In this document: positions 1 through 9,214 of the stretch, piece after piece | Layout of the letters: each line of letters opens with the position of its first letter | Position numbering within the stretch: position 1 is the stretch's first letter | Assembly (NCBI GenBank): GCA_017613435.1 | Contig: JAGADU010000078.1 | Coordinates: 1,725-65,724 of the forward strand | Reading direction: 5' to 3' | DNA: 64,000 bases | From: Lachnospiraceae bacterium | Lineage (GTDB): Bacteria > Bacillota > Clostridia > Lachnospirales > Lachnospiraceae | Translations under genes and position numbers: made by a program | The notes under the pieces: model-generated | Seen by the model: the letters and a program-made list of their open reading frames with translations, nothing else | What the model was told of the DNA's origin: nothing | Databases searched by the model: none

Positions 1-67
1 CCGAAAATGCCTATTTACCTATGTTTTCGGTAGGTTTTTGTTTCGCTCTTCACGAGCCTCGGATTAC

Positions 68-96
68 TTGAAAAAATCCTTTCCGATTGCTATAAT
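68..96 (+). promoter_or_regulatory. sigma-A promoter for DRTGG/hydrogenase-like operon
   Basis: TTGAAA(68-73)-N17-TATAAT(91-96) with extended -10 TG. Confidence 0.7.
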
Positions 97-193
97 GTTT
101 TATGTATTTTTATGGGGTTACAATTTTCTTTTTTTCTTATTTGTTTTTCTTGATACAATTGTCCCCATTTTTAACTTAATACGGAGGTTTATT

Positions 194-547
194 ATGACAG
201 TAAACGATATTTTGGATATTTTGGACGCCACCGCCATTGCGGGTAAGTCCGGACTTGACAACGAGGTTTTGACCGCATGCGGTTCAGATATGATGAGCGA
301 TGTTTTGGCTTTTGCCAAGACTCAGTGTGTGCTCCTTACCGGTCTTTGCAATCCTCAGGTTATCCGTACGGCTGAAATGATGGATATCGTTGCAATTATA
401 TTTGTAAGAGGCAAGACTCCCGACGAGACCATGATCAAAATGGCCGATGAAATGGGTCTTCCTATTGTTGTAACTTCTCACAGAATGTTTTCCTCGTGCG
501 GATTACTTTACGAACACGGTTTAAGGGGAGGTATCATTGATGGCTGA
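194..547 (+). CDS. DRTGG-domain protein
   Basis: GGAGG RBS before ATG 194 (ORF-track start at 38 is too long); GSDMMSDVL and LLTGL..PQVIRTAEM motifs. Confidence 0.8.
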   Translation: MTVNDILDILDATAIAGKSGLDNEVLTACGSDMMSDVLAFAKTQCVLLTGLCNPQVIRTAEMMDIVAIIFVRGKTPDETMIKMADEMGLPIVVTSHRMFSSCGLLYEHGLRGGIIDG

Positions 548-962
548 TTTAATGGAGCTTAACTACACTGTTTCCAACGAAGATTTTACGAGAGCGGGCG
601 AAGCTTCAAGCGACGTAAAAAAGAAACTCAAACAACTGGGTGTATCACCCGATGCCATCAGAAAAGTTGCAATTGCTCTTTACGAAGGCGAAATTAATAT
701 GATAATTCACGCTTACGGCGGCAAAATCAAAGTCACGATAAGCGAAAATGCAATAACTCTCGTCCTCGCCGACAAAGGCCCAGGCATCGCAGATGTCGAA
801 AAGGCGATGCAGGCGGGATATTCGACGGCACCCGATAAGGTCAGATCCCTCGGATTCGGTGCCGGAATGGGTCTTCCCAATATGAAAAAGAATTCCGACC
901 AAATGGATATCCAGACCGAAATCGGTGTCGGAACAACGGTAACAATGGTAATCAATATTTAG
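540..962 (+). CDS. Anti-sigma-factor-type Ser/Thr kinase (HATPase_c, RsbT/RsbW-like)
   Basis: EGEINMIIHA (N box), DKGPGI (G1), GAGMGL (G2), GVGTTV; overlaps upstream gene. Confidence 0.85.
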   Translation: MADLMELNYTVSNEDFTRAGEASSDVKKKLKQLGVSPDAIRKVAIALYEGEINMIIHAYGGKIKVTISENAITLVLADKGPGIADVEKAMQAGYSTAPDKVRSLGFGAGMGLPNMKKNSDQMDIQTEIGVGTTVTMVINI

Positions 963-990
963 TTGAACGAATTTTGACTCGGAGACAATT

Positions 991-2277
991 ATGGACCACT
1001 ACGGCAATTCCGTATATTTAATAGAGAATCTCTGCAAAGGCTGCACAAACTGCATCAACAGATGTCCCACCCAGGCAATCCGTGTAAGAAACAACAAAGC
1101 GGTCATCACGCCCGGACGCTGCATCGACTGCGGAGAATGCATAAGAATCTGTCCTCATCACGCCAAAAAAGCCAAAAGGGACTTTATCGACGCCACGGAC
1201 AAATACAAATATACCGTTGCACTTCCGGCTCCCAGTCTCTGCGCTCAGTTTAATAATCTCGAGGATATCAACATCCTTCTTTCCGCAATTAAAAACATCG
1301 GTTTCGACGATGTGTTCGAGGTAAGCGCGGCAGCCGAAATCGTTTCGGAAGAATCAAGGAAATACATTGCCGCTCACAAGGAGCAGTGGCCCCTTATCTC
1401 AACCGCCTGTCCGACCGTTGTTCGCCTGGTTCAGGTTCGTTTCCCGAATCTTTGCGACAAACTTCTGCCCCTTATAACTCCGGCGGAACTTGCGGGCGAG
1501 CTTGCAAGAAAACAGGCCGTTGAAAAAACGGGATTAAAGCCAGAGGAAATCGGTATCTTTTTCCTTTCTCCGTGCGCAAGCAAGGTTACAAGCGTTAAGA
1601 ATCCCATAGGAATGGAAAAAAGCAATATAGACGAAGTATTGGCCATAAAAGACATTTATCCCATACTTCTTGCCGAAATGCCCAAATTCGTCGAACAGCC
1701 CGAGGATTTGTCACGTTCGGGCAAAATCGGTTTGAGCTGGGGAATCACGGGCGGCGAAGTCGGCGGACTTCTCTCCGATTCATGCGTTGCTGCCGACGGT
1801 ATCGAAAACGTGATTCATGTTCTCGAAGACCTCGAGGACGACAAATTCTCGCAGAATCTCGAATTCATCGAATTAAATGCCTGCAACGGCGGATGCGTCG
1901 GCGGCGTAATGAATGTCGAGAACCCTTTTGCGGCAAAAGCAAAAATGCAGCATTTGAGAAAATATCTGCCCGTTTCCGCCGCACGTTCGGATTCTTACGG
2001 AGAATACCATATCGACTGGACGACCGAAGTCGAATACCAGCCCGTTTTCGAGCTTGCGGACAATCTTAAGGAATCGATGGAAAAGATGAACAAGATCGAA
2101 GAACTCACCAAGGAATTCCCGGGTCTTGACTGCGGATGCTGCGGTGCTCCCACATGCAAGGCCCTCGCCGAAGACATCGTAAAAGGAATCGCAAGAAAAC
2201 AGGACTGCATACATGTTCTTCGTGAATACATACACAAACTGTCGGAAGATATCGCTGAACTCAGCGAAGGAATTTAG
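991..2277 (+). CDS. Divergent (group D-like, putative sensory) [FeFe]-hydrogenase with N-terminal 2x[4Fe-4S] and C-terminal FeS domain
   Basis: CKGCTNCINRCP and CIDCGECIRICP; H-cluster-like motifs STACP, SPCASK, ELNACNGGCVGG; C-terminal DCGCCGAPTC. Confidence 0.8.
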   Translation: MDHYGNSVYLIENLCKGCTNCINRCPTQAIRVRNNKAVITPGRCIDCGECIRICPHHAKKAKRDFIDATDKYKYTVALPAPSLCAQFNNLEDINILLSAIKNIGFDDVFEVSAAAEIVSEESRKYIAAHKEQWPLISTACPTVVRLVQVRFPNLCDKLLPLITPAELAGELARKQAVEKTGLKPEEIGIFFLSPCASKVTSVKNPIGMEKSNIDEVLAIKDIYPILLAEMPKFVEQPEDLSRSGKIGLSWGITGGEVGGLLSDSCVAADGIENVIHVLEDLEDDKFSQNLEFIELNACNGGCVGGVMNVENPFAAKAKMQHLRKYLPVSAARSDSYGEYHIDWTTEVEYQPVFELADNLKESMEKMNKIEELTKEFPGLDCGCCGAPTCKALAEDIVKGIARKQDCIHVLREYIHKLSEDIAELSEGI

Positions 2278-2286
2278 AGGTTTATT

Positions 2287-2610
2287 ATGAAAGTGATTGA
2301 ATTGACCAAACTCGATGGTTTCACATCGGTTTCGCTTTTAAAAGATACAGATATTACAGGAGTTTTTTGCTGCGATCTTTTATCCGTAGCCATGGGAAAA
2401 GCTCCCGCAGGAAGCGCATGGGTTACCGTTATGGCCAATGTCAATACTCTGGCCGTTGCTTCCCTTACCGATGTTGCCTGCATTATTCTTGCGGAAGGCG
2501 TTTCTTTTGACGAATCTCTCATCGAAAAAGCGAAGGAGGAAGGAATTGCGGTTTTCAAAACAGACCTTCCTGTTTTCGAAGCCGCTCTTCAAATACATAA
2601 GTCCCTATGA
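2287..2610 (+). CDS. DRTGG-domain protein
   Basis: CCDLLSVAM and WVTVMANVNTLAVASL; typical of this locus. Confidence 0.75.
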   Translation: MKVIELTKLDGFTSVSLLKDTDITGVFCCDLLSVAMGKAPAGSAWVTVMANVNTLAVASLTDVACIILAEGVSFDESLIEKAKEEGIAVFKTDLPVFEAALQIHKSL

Positions 2611-3326
2611 TTCCGCTTCATTACGATCTGCATATTCATTCCTGTCTGTCTCCGTGCGGCGATAACGAATCCACGCCCGGAAACATTGTCGGAATGTCCG
2701 TAATCAAAAATCTCAACGTAATCGCTCTCACCGACCACAATACGTGCAAAAACTGCGCCGCAGCGATGGCCATCGGAAAGGAATACGGAATTACCGTAAT
2801 CCCGGGGATGGAACTGACGACAAGCGAAGAAGTTCACGTTCTCTGTCTTTTTCACACCATCGAGGACGCCATGGGCTTTGATGCGTATGTCGAACCGCGC
2901 ATTTTACAGATTCCAAACGATCCGAAAGCTTTCGGGGATCAGTTATTATGCAACGAAGACGATGAAGTAATCGGAACTTTTCCCACGCTTTTGATTTCGG
3001 CAACCGATATCTCCTTTGACAGAGTTGACGATGTCATAAAACCTTTTAACGGCGTAATGATACCCGCGCATATAGACAAAAACTCTTTTTCGTTAATGTC
3101 CAATCTGGGTTTCGTTCCGCCCGATACGGATTTTAAATGTTTTGAACTGGCAAACATGTCCAATCTTCACAAACTTCAGGAATCCAATCCCTATTTGAAA
3201 AACTGTAATGTCATCACGGATTCCGATGCGCATTACATTGACAGAATAAACGAAGCGGTCAATACTCTTTTCGCCGAATCCGATTCCATCGATGACGTAT
3301 TGGCGGCACTGGTAAGAAAAGTTTAG
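2607..3326 (+). CDS. PHP-domain phosphoesterase
   Basis: DLHIHSCLSPC, ALTDHN, PAHID, SDAH metal-binding motifs; ATGA overlap. Confidence 0.88.
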   Translation: MIPLHYDLHIHSCLSPCGDNESTPGNIVGMSVIKNLNVIALTDHNTCKNCAAAMAIGKEYGITVIPGMELTTSEEVHVLCLFHTIEDAMGFDAYVEPRILQIPNDPKAFGDQLLCNEDDEVIGTFPTLLISATDISFDRVDDVIKPFNGVMIPAHIDKNSFSLMSNLGFVPPDTDFKCFELANMSNLHKLQESNPYLKNCNVITDSDAHYIDRINEAVNTLFAESDSIDDVLAALVRKV

Positions 3327-3337
3327 GGGAAAAAATA

Positions 3338-4066
3338 ATGAGAAAAAACGTACTTATAACAGGAGCGAGCGGTGCCATCGGAAGCGCCGCGGCACTCGAA
3401 TTTGCCAAGGCGGGCTGCAATCTTTTTCTTGTCTGCAATTCAAGAATAAACGAGCTCGACGAATTCGCCGACAGACTCTCTTCGGGATACAATATCGAAG
3501 TTTTTACTGCGTCGGTTGATTTTTCGGATACGGCAAAATCCAAAGACGCACTCGAAGATTTTCTCGGAGAAACCACAATCGACATACTCATAAACAATGC
3601 GGGAATTTCCTATGTCGGTCTTTTCCAGGATATGAGTCCTTCGGTCTGGAACAATATCGTAAACATCAATTTAAACAGCGTATACTCGACCTCTTCCGTT
3701 GTAATTCCCGGAATGATAGGAAAACAATCGGGCAAAATCATTAACGTGTCATCGGTTTGGGGAAATGTCGGAGCTTCATGCGAAGTGGCATATTCGGCCA
3801 CAAAAGGAGGAGTCAACGCTTTTACCAAAGCCCTCGCAAAAGAACTTGCGATATCGGGAATAAGCGTAAACGCAATATCTCCAGGTCTTGTAGACACTCC
3901 GATGAATTCGCATTTGTCGGACGATGAATTAAACGCCCTCTTCGAACAGATTCCGATGGGGCGTGCGGCAAGCGCGACGGAAATAGCCCAATGCATAAAA
4001 AAACTCTCCGAAATGCCGTCATATGTCACGGGACAGATCATAACGGCCGACGGAGGCTGGACGTAA
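3338..4066 (+). CDS. Short-chain dehydrogenase/reductase (FabG/YmfI-like)
   Basis: TGASGAIG, INNAG, YSATK, VNAISPG. Confidence 0.85.
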   Translation: MRKNVLITGASGAIGSAAALEFAKAGCNLFLVCNSRINELDEFADRLSSGYNIEVFTASVDFSDTAKSKDALEDFLGETTIDILINNAGISYVGLFQDMSPSVWNNIVNINLNSVYSTSSVVIPGMIGKQSGKIINVSSVWGNVGASCEVAYSATKGGVNAFTKALAKELAISGISVNAISPGLVDTPMNSHLSDDELNALFEQIPMGRAASATEIAQCIKKLSEMPSYVTGQIITADGGWT

Positions 4067-4073
4067 ACACATT

Positions 4074-4105
4074 AAAAATGCGGCTCATAAAGAACCGCAT
4101 TTTTT
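4074..4105. terminator. Bidirectional intrinsic terminator
   Basis: AAAAATGCGG...CCGCATTTTT between convergent genes. Confidence 0.75.
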
Positions 4106-5322
4106 TATTTCTTTTTGGGATTTCTGATCGCATCTATTCTTTGAGAAAGCGTAGGGTGCGAATATTCAAGCATTACCACGAAGGGATGGGGATTTAAATT
4201 GGTAAGCGCATCCTTGCTTAATTGTTTAAGCGCTCCGATAAGCGATTCGCCGTATCCTTCGTTTTCGGCAAACCCGTCCGCCTGATATTCGAAAGTTCTT
4301 GAAATCTTATTGGATGCCATATCAAAGATTCTCGAAATCGGCCAGCTTATCATCGTTAAAACCGAAAATGCAAAGAAATAATTGACGTCTTCAAATCCGA
4401 ATGCCTGACAGATTACGGGAAAATTCAGTATTATTCCCAAGGATAAAATAAGTATCGATATTCTGAAGAATGCAAACCACATCGATTTTAATACGTGTTT
4501 GTATTTTGCGTGACCGAATTCATGCGCAAATACCGCAACGATTTTGTCGGTCGAATAATTGTTTACAAGATTGTCGTCAAGCGAAATCGTCTTCTTGCCG
4601 AAACCCGTGCAAAAAGCATTTGCCCTGGTCGTTCTTTTGGAAGCATCCATAACATAAATGTTTTTTATTTTCACATTGTATTTTTCGCAAAGCGCCGTTA
4701 ACGAGCTTCGAAGTTCGCCATCTTCAAGCGGAGTGAATTTATTGAATATCCTGAGAAAAGTCATCGAAAAAAGCGATACGAAAACATTGAATAAAATTAC
4801 CGCTGCTATCGTAAAAATAATTCCGAGATTATGGAATTTTTCAAAAAGGAACATTACTCCGAGGAAAAGAATAAGCATCAGTACGATACCGATAAGAAAT
4901 TCTTTAACGATGTCCAGAATAAAGGTTTTAATCGTGGTTTTGTTAAAACCGTATTTCTCTTCTATCACAAAATTGCTGTAATACGAAAAAGGAATCGATA
5001 TAAGCGTAGAGAATAACGTGAATACCAAAATAAGCAGAATATTGCTTACGATTTTTCCCGTACCGAAAAGTCCGAAAACTTTCGCATGCACGTTAAATAT
5101 ATATAGTCCGAGAGAAATAAGAGCCGTAATCAGAGTCTGCACACAGGAGAATTTCTTCGAATCGTTCCGGTAATTAATCCATTTGTTGTATTTTTCTTCG
5201 TCGTAAACGTCGCGAACGTTTTCCGGAAGCGGCTTCTTTACATAATTGTCATTCAGTTTTACGAGAATAAAATCGAATATGTTTTCAAGTATAAAAGATA
5301 TAAGCAGTATTGTTTTGATCAT
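4105..5322 (-). CDS. M48 family (Ste24-like) membrane zinc metallopeptidase
   Basis: NAFCTG, AHEFGH (HExxH), EYQAD, SHP; multiple TM segments; start reassigned to MIKTILL. Confidence 0.9.
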   Translation of the reverse strand: MIKTILLISFILENIFDFILVKLNDNYVKKPLPENVRDVYDEEKYNKWINYRNDSKKFSCVQTLITALISLGLYIFNVHAKVFGLFGTGKIVSNILLILVFTLFSTLISIPFSYYSNFVIEEKYGFNKTTIKTFILDIVKEFLIGIVLMLILFLGVMFLFEKFHNLGIIFTIAAVILFNVFVSLFSMTFLRIFNKFTPLEDGELRSSLTALCEKYNVKIKNIYVMDASKRTTRANAFCTGFGKKTISLDDNLVNNYSTDKIVAVFAHEFGHAKYKHVLKSMWFAFFRISILILSLGIILNFPVICQAFGFEDVNYFFAFSVLTMISWPISRIFDMASNKISRTFEYQADGFAENEGYGESLIGALKQLSKDALTNLNPHPFVVMLEYSHPTLSQRIDAIRNPKKK

Positions 5323-5490
5323 TTTGTCTTTTCCTTTTGTTTTTTGACAAAAAAATATTATCACATACGGATATTTTTGCAAATATCGGGCTGCAATTTG
5401 CGTTTCTCTGTTTTTTTTAAATATGGAGAAATTTTACATTCGCAGATGTTTTGCGATAATACAATGATATTTGCCGGCGTTGCCGGACAC

Positions 5491-5520
5491 AAAAAAGCGC
5501 GCCTGTAAAAGCGCGCTTTT
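5491..5520 (-). terminator. Intrinsic terminator after aquaporin gene
   Basis: AAAAGCGCGC-N8-GCGCGCTTTT. Confidence 0.7.
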
Positions 5521-5538
5521 ACATTTATATATATTTTT

Positions 5539-6231
5539 TTATTTTGCTTCTTCCTTTTCAAGGAACATATGAACTCCCGCCGCAAGAGCCGCGCCGGCCA
5601 AAGGTCCCACGATGAAAATCCAAAGAACCTTTATGGGTTCGGGATTGCCGGCAATTGCCGAAACAAGAGCAGGTCCGAAACTTCTCGCGGGGTTAACGCT
5701 TGTTCCGGTAAGTCCGATACCGAAGATATGGATTAGAACAAGTGTAAGACCGATGATAAGTCCGCCAAAAGACCCGTGATTTCCCTTCTTTCCGGTAACG
5801 CCGAGAATTACAAGAACGAAAACAAATGTTAAAATCACTTCAACGATAAGTCCCGTGATAATGCTTCCGTTAACTCCGGCAAGACCGTTGGATCCGAATC
5901 CTCCCGTGGCATCTTCGATTTCCGCAACACCGAAAATCAAAGCGAGGATTCCGCCGCCCAACCATGCACCGAGGCACTGGGCAAGAACATATAATCCGAA
6001 ATCTTTTCCGCTCATTCCCTTGTTCATGAATACGGCAAGGGAAACCGCAGGGTTGATGTGACAACCCGAAACATTGCCCACGCAATAAGCCATTCCGACA
6101 ATTACCAGACCGAATGCCAAAGCGGTAAGCAAATAGCCGTCCCAATGCTCACAACCAGTAAGCATTGCCGTTCCGCAACCGAAGGTTACGAGAACACATG
6201 TACCGATTAATTCCGCAATAAATTTCTTCAT
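5539..6231 (-). CDS. MIP-family aquaporin (AqpZ-like)
   Basis: SGCHINPAVS and SVNPARS NPA motifs; GAGG RBS before MKKFIAE. Confidence 0.92.
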   Translation of the reverse strand: MKKFIAELIGTCVLVTFGCGTAMLTGCEHWDGYLLTALAFGLVIVGMAYCVGNVSGCHINPAVSLAVFMNKGMSGKDFGLYVLAQCLGAWLGGGILALIFGVAEIEDATGGFGSNGLAGVNGSIITGLIVEVILTFVFVLVILGVTGKKGNHGSFGGLIIGLTLVLIHIFGIGLTGTSVNPARSFGPALVSAIAGNPEPIKVLWIFIVGPLAGAALAAGVHMFLEKEEAK

Positions 6232-6287
6232 AGAATCCCTCCTCTTTATATATAAAACCCGCCGGACAGGCGGTATTTTAAACATAA

Positions 6288-6497
6288 TCAGTCTTTGACA
6301 TCGACCGCTTCGGGAAGTTTCCCTTTTTTCCTGAATTTTGCTTTAATCGAATCAAGAATGTTTTCGGGAAGAGAAAAAACTTTCTCAATCAGAAAATCGA
6401 GCGTTTTTTCGACAAAATGAAAAATAATTCTGCTTAAAACAAACACAAATACAAACGGAGCAATCGCACAAAAAACGATAAATGTTAAAGTAATCAT
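6288..6497 (-). CDS. Small hypothetical membrane protein (69 aa)
   Basis: AAAGGAGG RBS 5 nt before ATG; hydrophobic N-terminus. Confidence 0.6.
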   Translation of the reverse strand: MITLTFIVFCAIAPFVFVFVLSRIIFHFVEKTLDFLIEKVFSLPENILDSIKAKFRKKGKLPEAVDVKD

Positions 6498-6596
6498 GCA
6501 CGCCTCCTTTAATTGTTTTTAATCAAATACAAATACGAATTTATTATACAACATATCGAAATTTTTAGCCACTAAGATTATGATTTGAAATTTATG

Positions 6597-6625
6597 TTCT
6601 ACAAAAGATAAAACTGTGCTATAAT
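6597..6625 (+). promoter_or_regulatory. Putative extended -10 promoter of the TM1266/nitrogenase-like/hyp operon
   Basis: TTCTAC-N17-TATAAT(6620-6625) preceded by TG. Confidence 0.55.
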
Positions 6626-6673
6626 TTATGTTCAGGGAAGACAATCCCAAAAAAATAAGGAACGGTAATTTGC

Positions 6674-6922
6674 ATGGAAACACGCGCTGCCGTTATTGCC
6701 ATAATAGTCAAAGACAACGAGTCGGCCAACGAGATCAATTCTCTTTTGCATGAATACCGCGATATCGTTATCGGGCGAATGGGCATTCCCTACAGAGAAA
6801 AAGGAATCAATATCATAAGCGTTGCGGTTGACGCACCTCAGGATACCGTCTCCACTCTGGCGGGAAAAATCGGAAGAATAAAAGGCGTTACGGCCAAAAC
6901 GGTTTATTCTCCCGTCGAATAA
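6674..6922 (+). CDS. TM1266-family 'iron-only hydrogenase system regulator' (ACT/ferredoxin-like fold)
   Basis: 82 aa; METRAAVIAIIV, INSLLHEY..IVIGRMGIPY, LAGKIGRIKGV family signature. Confidence 0.85.
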   Translation: METRAAVIAIIVKDNESANEINSLLHEYRDIVIGRMGIPYREKGINIISVAVDAPQDTVSTLAGKIGRIKGVTAKTVYSPVE

Positions 6923-6951
6923 CTTTCAAAACAAAATAAATCCAAAAAATT

Positions 6952-7045
6952 CTGACGTCGAAACCTGTATGGCAGCTTGAGATGAAAGCGTTTGCAAATA
7001 ATCTTTTTTATGATGCACTCTTTCTATGTCGGAAGGGTGTTTTTT
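6952..7045 (+). promoter_or_regulatory. Putative attenuator / cis-regulatory RNA (terminator plus antiterminator)
   Basis: Terminator stem GCACTCTTTC(7015-7024)/GGAAGGGTGT(7031-7040)+T run; CTGACGTCGAAA(6952-6963) can pair 11/12 (with G:U) with TTTCTATGTCGG(7021-7032). Confidence 0.6.
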
Positions 7046-7114
7046 ATTGGATTTATCCTTTGACGGTTCCCGTGTAACTTTGATTTTCGGCATTAACGAT
7101 TATAGGAAAAACAT

Positions 7115-7864
7115 ATGATTAAATTCGCAATTTACGGAAAAGGAGGGATCGGAAAATCCACCCTCTCTTCAAATCTGAGTGCGGCCTTTGTAAAGAAAGG
7201 CTTAAGAGTCATGCAGATAGGGTGCGATCCCAAAGCGGATTCCACTTCTCTTTTGTGTCCGAAAGAAAAAATAACTTCCGTACTCGATCTGGTAAGAAGT
7301 TCTAAACCCTTTACTCTTCAGGACATGGTAAAAGAGAGCGAATCCAAAGTGTTCTGCGTCGAAGCGGGCGGTCCCGTACCCGGGCTCGGATGTGCGGGAA
7401 GAGGCATCATAAACGCACTCGAATCTCTTGAAAACAAGGGCGCATACGATTATTACAAACCGGACGTGGTTATCTACGACGTACTCGGAGACGTCGTCTG
7501 CGGCGGTTTTACGATGCCCATGAGAAAAGGATTTGCGGATAAGGTGTATATTGTGACATCGGGCGAAAAAATGTCCGTATACGCAGCCGCAAATATCGCG
7601 ATGGCAATCGAAAATTTCAAAAAAAGAGATTACGCCAAACTCGGCGGAATTATTTTAAACTGCAGGGGTGTCGAAAACGAACTCGAAAATGTCGAAACCC
7701 TCGTTAATGACTTTAACACCAAGCTTTCGGCCGTAATTCCCAGAAGCCCTCTTTTCGCCGAAGCCGAAGCGAAAGGAAAAACAATTGTTGAACTTTTCCC
7801 CGAAAGCGATGTATGCAAATCCCTTCTGGAACTTGCCGACAGTATTATCGAAGATTTTAAATAA
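7115..7864 (+). CDS. Nitrogenase-like iron protein 1 (NifH/BchL/CfbC family)
   Basis: [45 protein letters not shown]; both [4Fe-4S] Cys present. Confidence 0.92.
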   Translation: MIKFAIYGKGGIGKSTLSSNLSAAFVKKGLRVMQIGCDPKADSTSLLCPKEKITSVLDLVRSSKPFTLQDMVKESESKVFCVEAGGPVPGLGCAGRGIINALESLENKGAYDYYKPDVVIYDVLGDVVCGGFTMPMRKGFADKVYIVTSGEKMSVYAAANIAMAIENFKKRDYAKLGGIILNCRGVENELENVETLVNDFNTKLSAVIPRSPLFAEAEAKGKTIVELFPESDVCKSLLELADSIIEDFK

Positions 7865-7867
7865 AAT

Positions 7868-9214
7868 ATGTTAAAACAGATTTCTTTAAACGAAAACAAA
7901 ATACCCGAAGGCGTCAGAATTTCCGAAATTGATTTTGACAATCCTTTTTACGACGGACTCCATTACAACCCTCCCGCAAGAGGAGTATGGAATATCGTCC
8001 ATACCGGCATGCTCATTCCCGAAGCGCATCAGATATACGTTTGTGCCCAGGGGTGTCTTCGCGGTGTAATTTTAACCGCCGCGGAAATGAATCGCATGGA
8101 AAACATGAGCTGGGTCGCACTTCGCGAAAAGGACATGTGGAACGGCGAAATGGAATCGAGAGTAATCGAGGGCTGTTCACATATCGTGGACGAAATGGAA
8201 AAACACCCCAAATGCATTCTTGTTTATTTAAGCTGCATGCATTTGTTCGAAGGATGCGATTTTAAAGTAATCGCCGCCGAACTTGAAGAAAGATATCCCG
8301 ACATCGACTGGGTTGACTGCTACATGACCCCCACGATGCGAAAAACTTTCGAACCCGATGTCATGATGAAAAAAAGCCTCTATTCTCCGATCAAAAAACT
8401 TGATTGCGACGAAAAATACATCGGTCTTATCGGGTGCGACCGCGCCACGGATAAAACTTCGGAAATTTATTCGCTCTTAAAAGAAGCAGGCTGCAAAATG
8501 TGGGAGATAACCGAATGCAAAACTTACGAAGATTACCTCTCACTCGGAAAGGCTTCTCTTCTTATCTCCTATCTTCCCGTTGTCGGTTACGCTTCGTCCG
8601 ATCTGACCAAGAGACTGGGCATAGCGCATCTTCCGATGGATTTAAGTTACGATAAAGATGAAATAACTGCCAATCTTAATGCTTTTGCATCTTCTTTGGG
8701 TCTTGACGAAAAAACCGTCGAAAAAATTACGGATATAACAAAAAAAGAAGCCGACGACTCCATGAAAAGAGCTTTGGAGACCATCGGCTCTTCTCCCATA
8801 GCAATCGATGCTTCCGCAACACCCAGACCCATCGGTCTCGCATTGCTTTTAACCGAATACGGATTTAACGTTAAGCGCGTATATACGGATGCTTTCAACA
8901 AAAAAGAAAGAAATGCTTTTGAAAAGTTATGTAAACTAAATCCCGACATCGAGATCTATCCTTCCATGGATCCTTTAATGTTAAATGCCGATCTTGAAAC
9001 AAAAATCGGAGAATCCGAATATTTGTGCATCGGACAAAAAAGCGCATATTTTTGCCAGACAGGAAAATTCGTAAACATCATCGAAGGCGGCGGAATGTAC
9101 GGCTTTGACGGAATAAGGCATCTTGGCGAAATGATGACGGATGCATTTTTAAACGAAAAAGATTTGAAATTAACCATATCATACAAAGGATTGGAGTGTG
9201 AAAGCTGCCTATGA
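7868..9214 (+). CDS. Nitrogenase component 1-like oxidoreductase, subunit A1
   Basis: YVCAQGC, YLSCMHLFEGCD, C-terminal GMYGFDGIRHL; follows NifH-like gene. Confidence 0.8.
   Translation: MLKQISLNENKIPEGVRISEIDFDNPFYDGLHYNPPARGVWNIVHTGMLIPEAHQIYVCAQGCLRGVILTAAEMNRMENMSWVALREKDMWNGEMESRVIEGCSHIVDEMEKHPKCILVYLSCMHLFEGCDFKVIAAELEERYPDIDWVDCYMTPTMRKTFEPDVMMKKSLYSPIKKLDCDEKYIGLIGCDRATDKTSEIYSLLKEAGCKMWEITECKTYEDYLSLGKASLLISYLPVVGYASSDLTKRLGIAHLPMDLSYDKDEITANLNAFASSLGLDEKTVEKITDITKKEADDSMKRALETIGSSPIAIDASATPRPIGLALLLTEYGFNVKRVYTDAFNKKERNAFEKLCKLNPDIEIYPSMDPLMLNADLETKIGESEYLCIGQKSAYFCQTGKFVNIIEGGGMYGFDGIRHLGEMMTDAFLNEKDLKLTISYKGLECESCL

Noticed and set aside
38-193. N-terminal extension of the first ORF
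   Set aside because: Overlaps the promoter and T-rich leader; the RBS supports ATG 194.
6923-7114. Known riboswitch or T-box
   Set aside because: No T-box, SAM-I, TPP, cobalamin or Moco consensus recognised; kept only as an unclassified attenuator.
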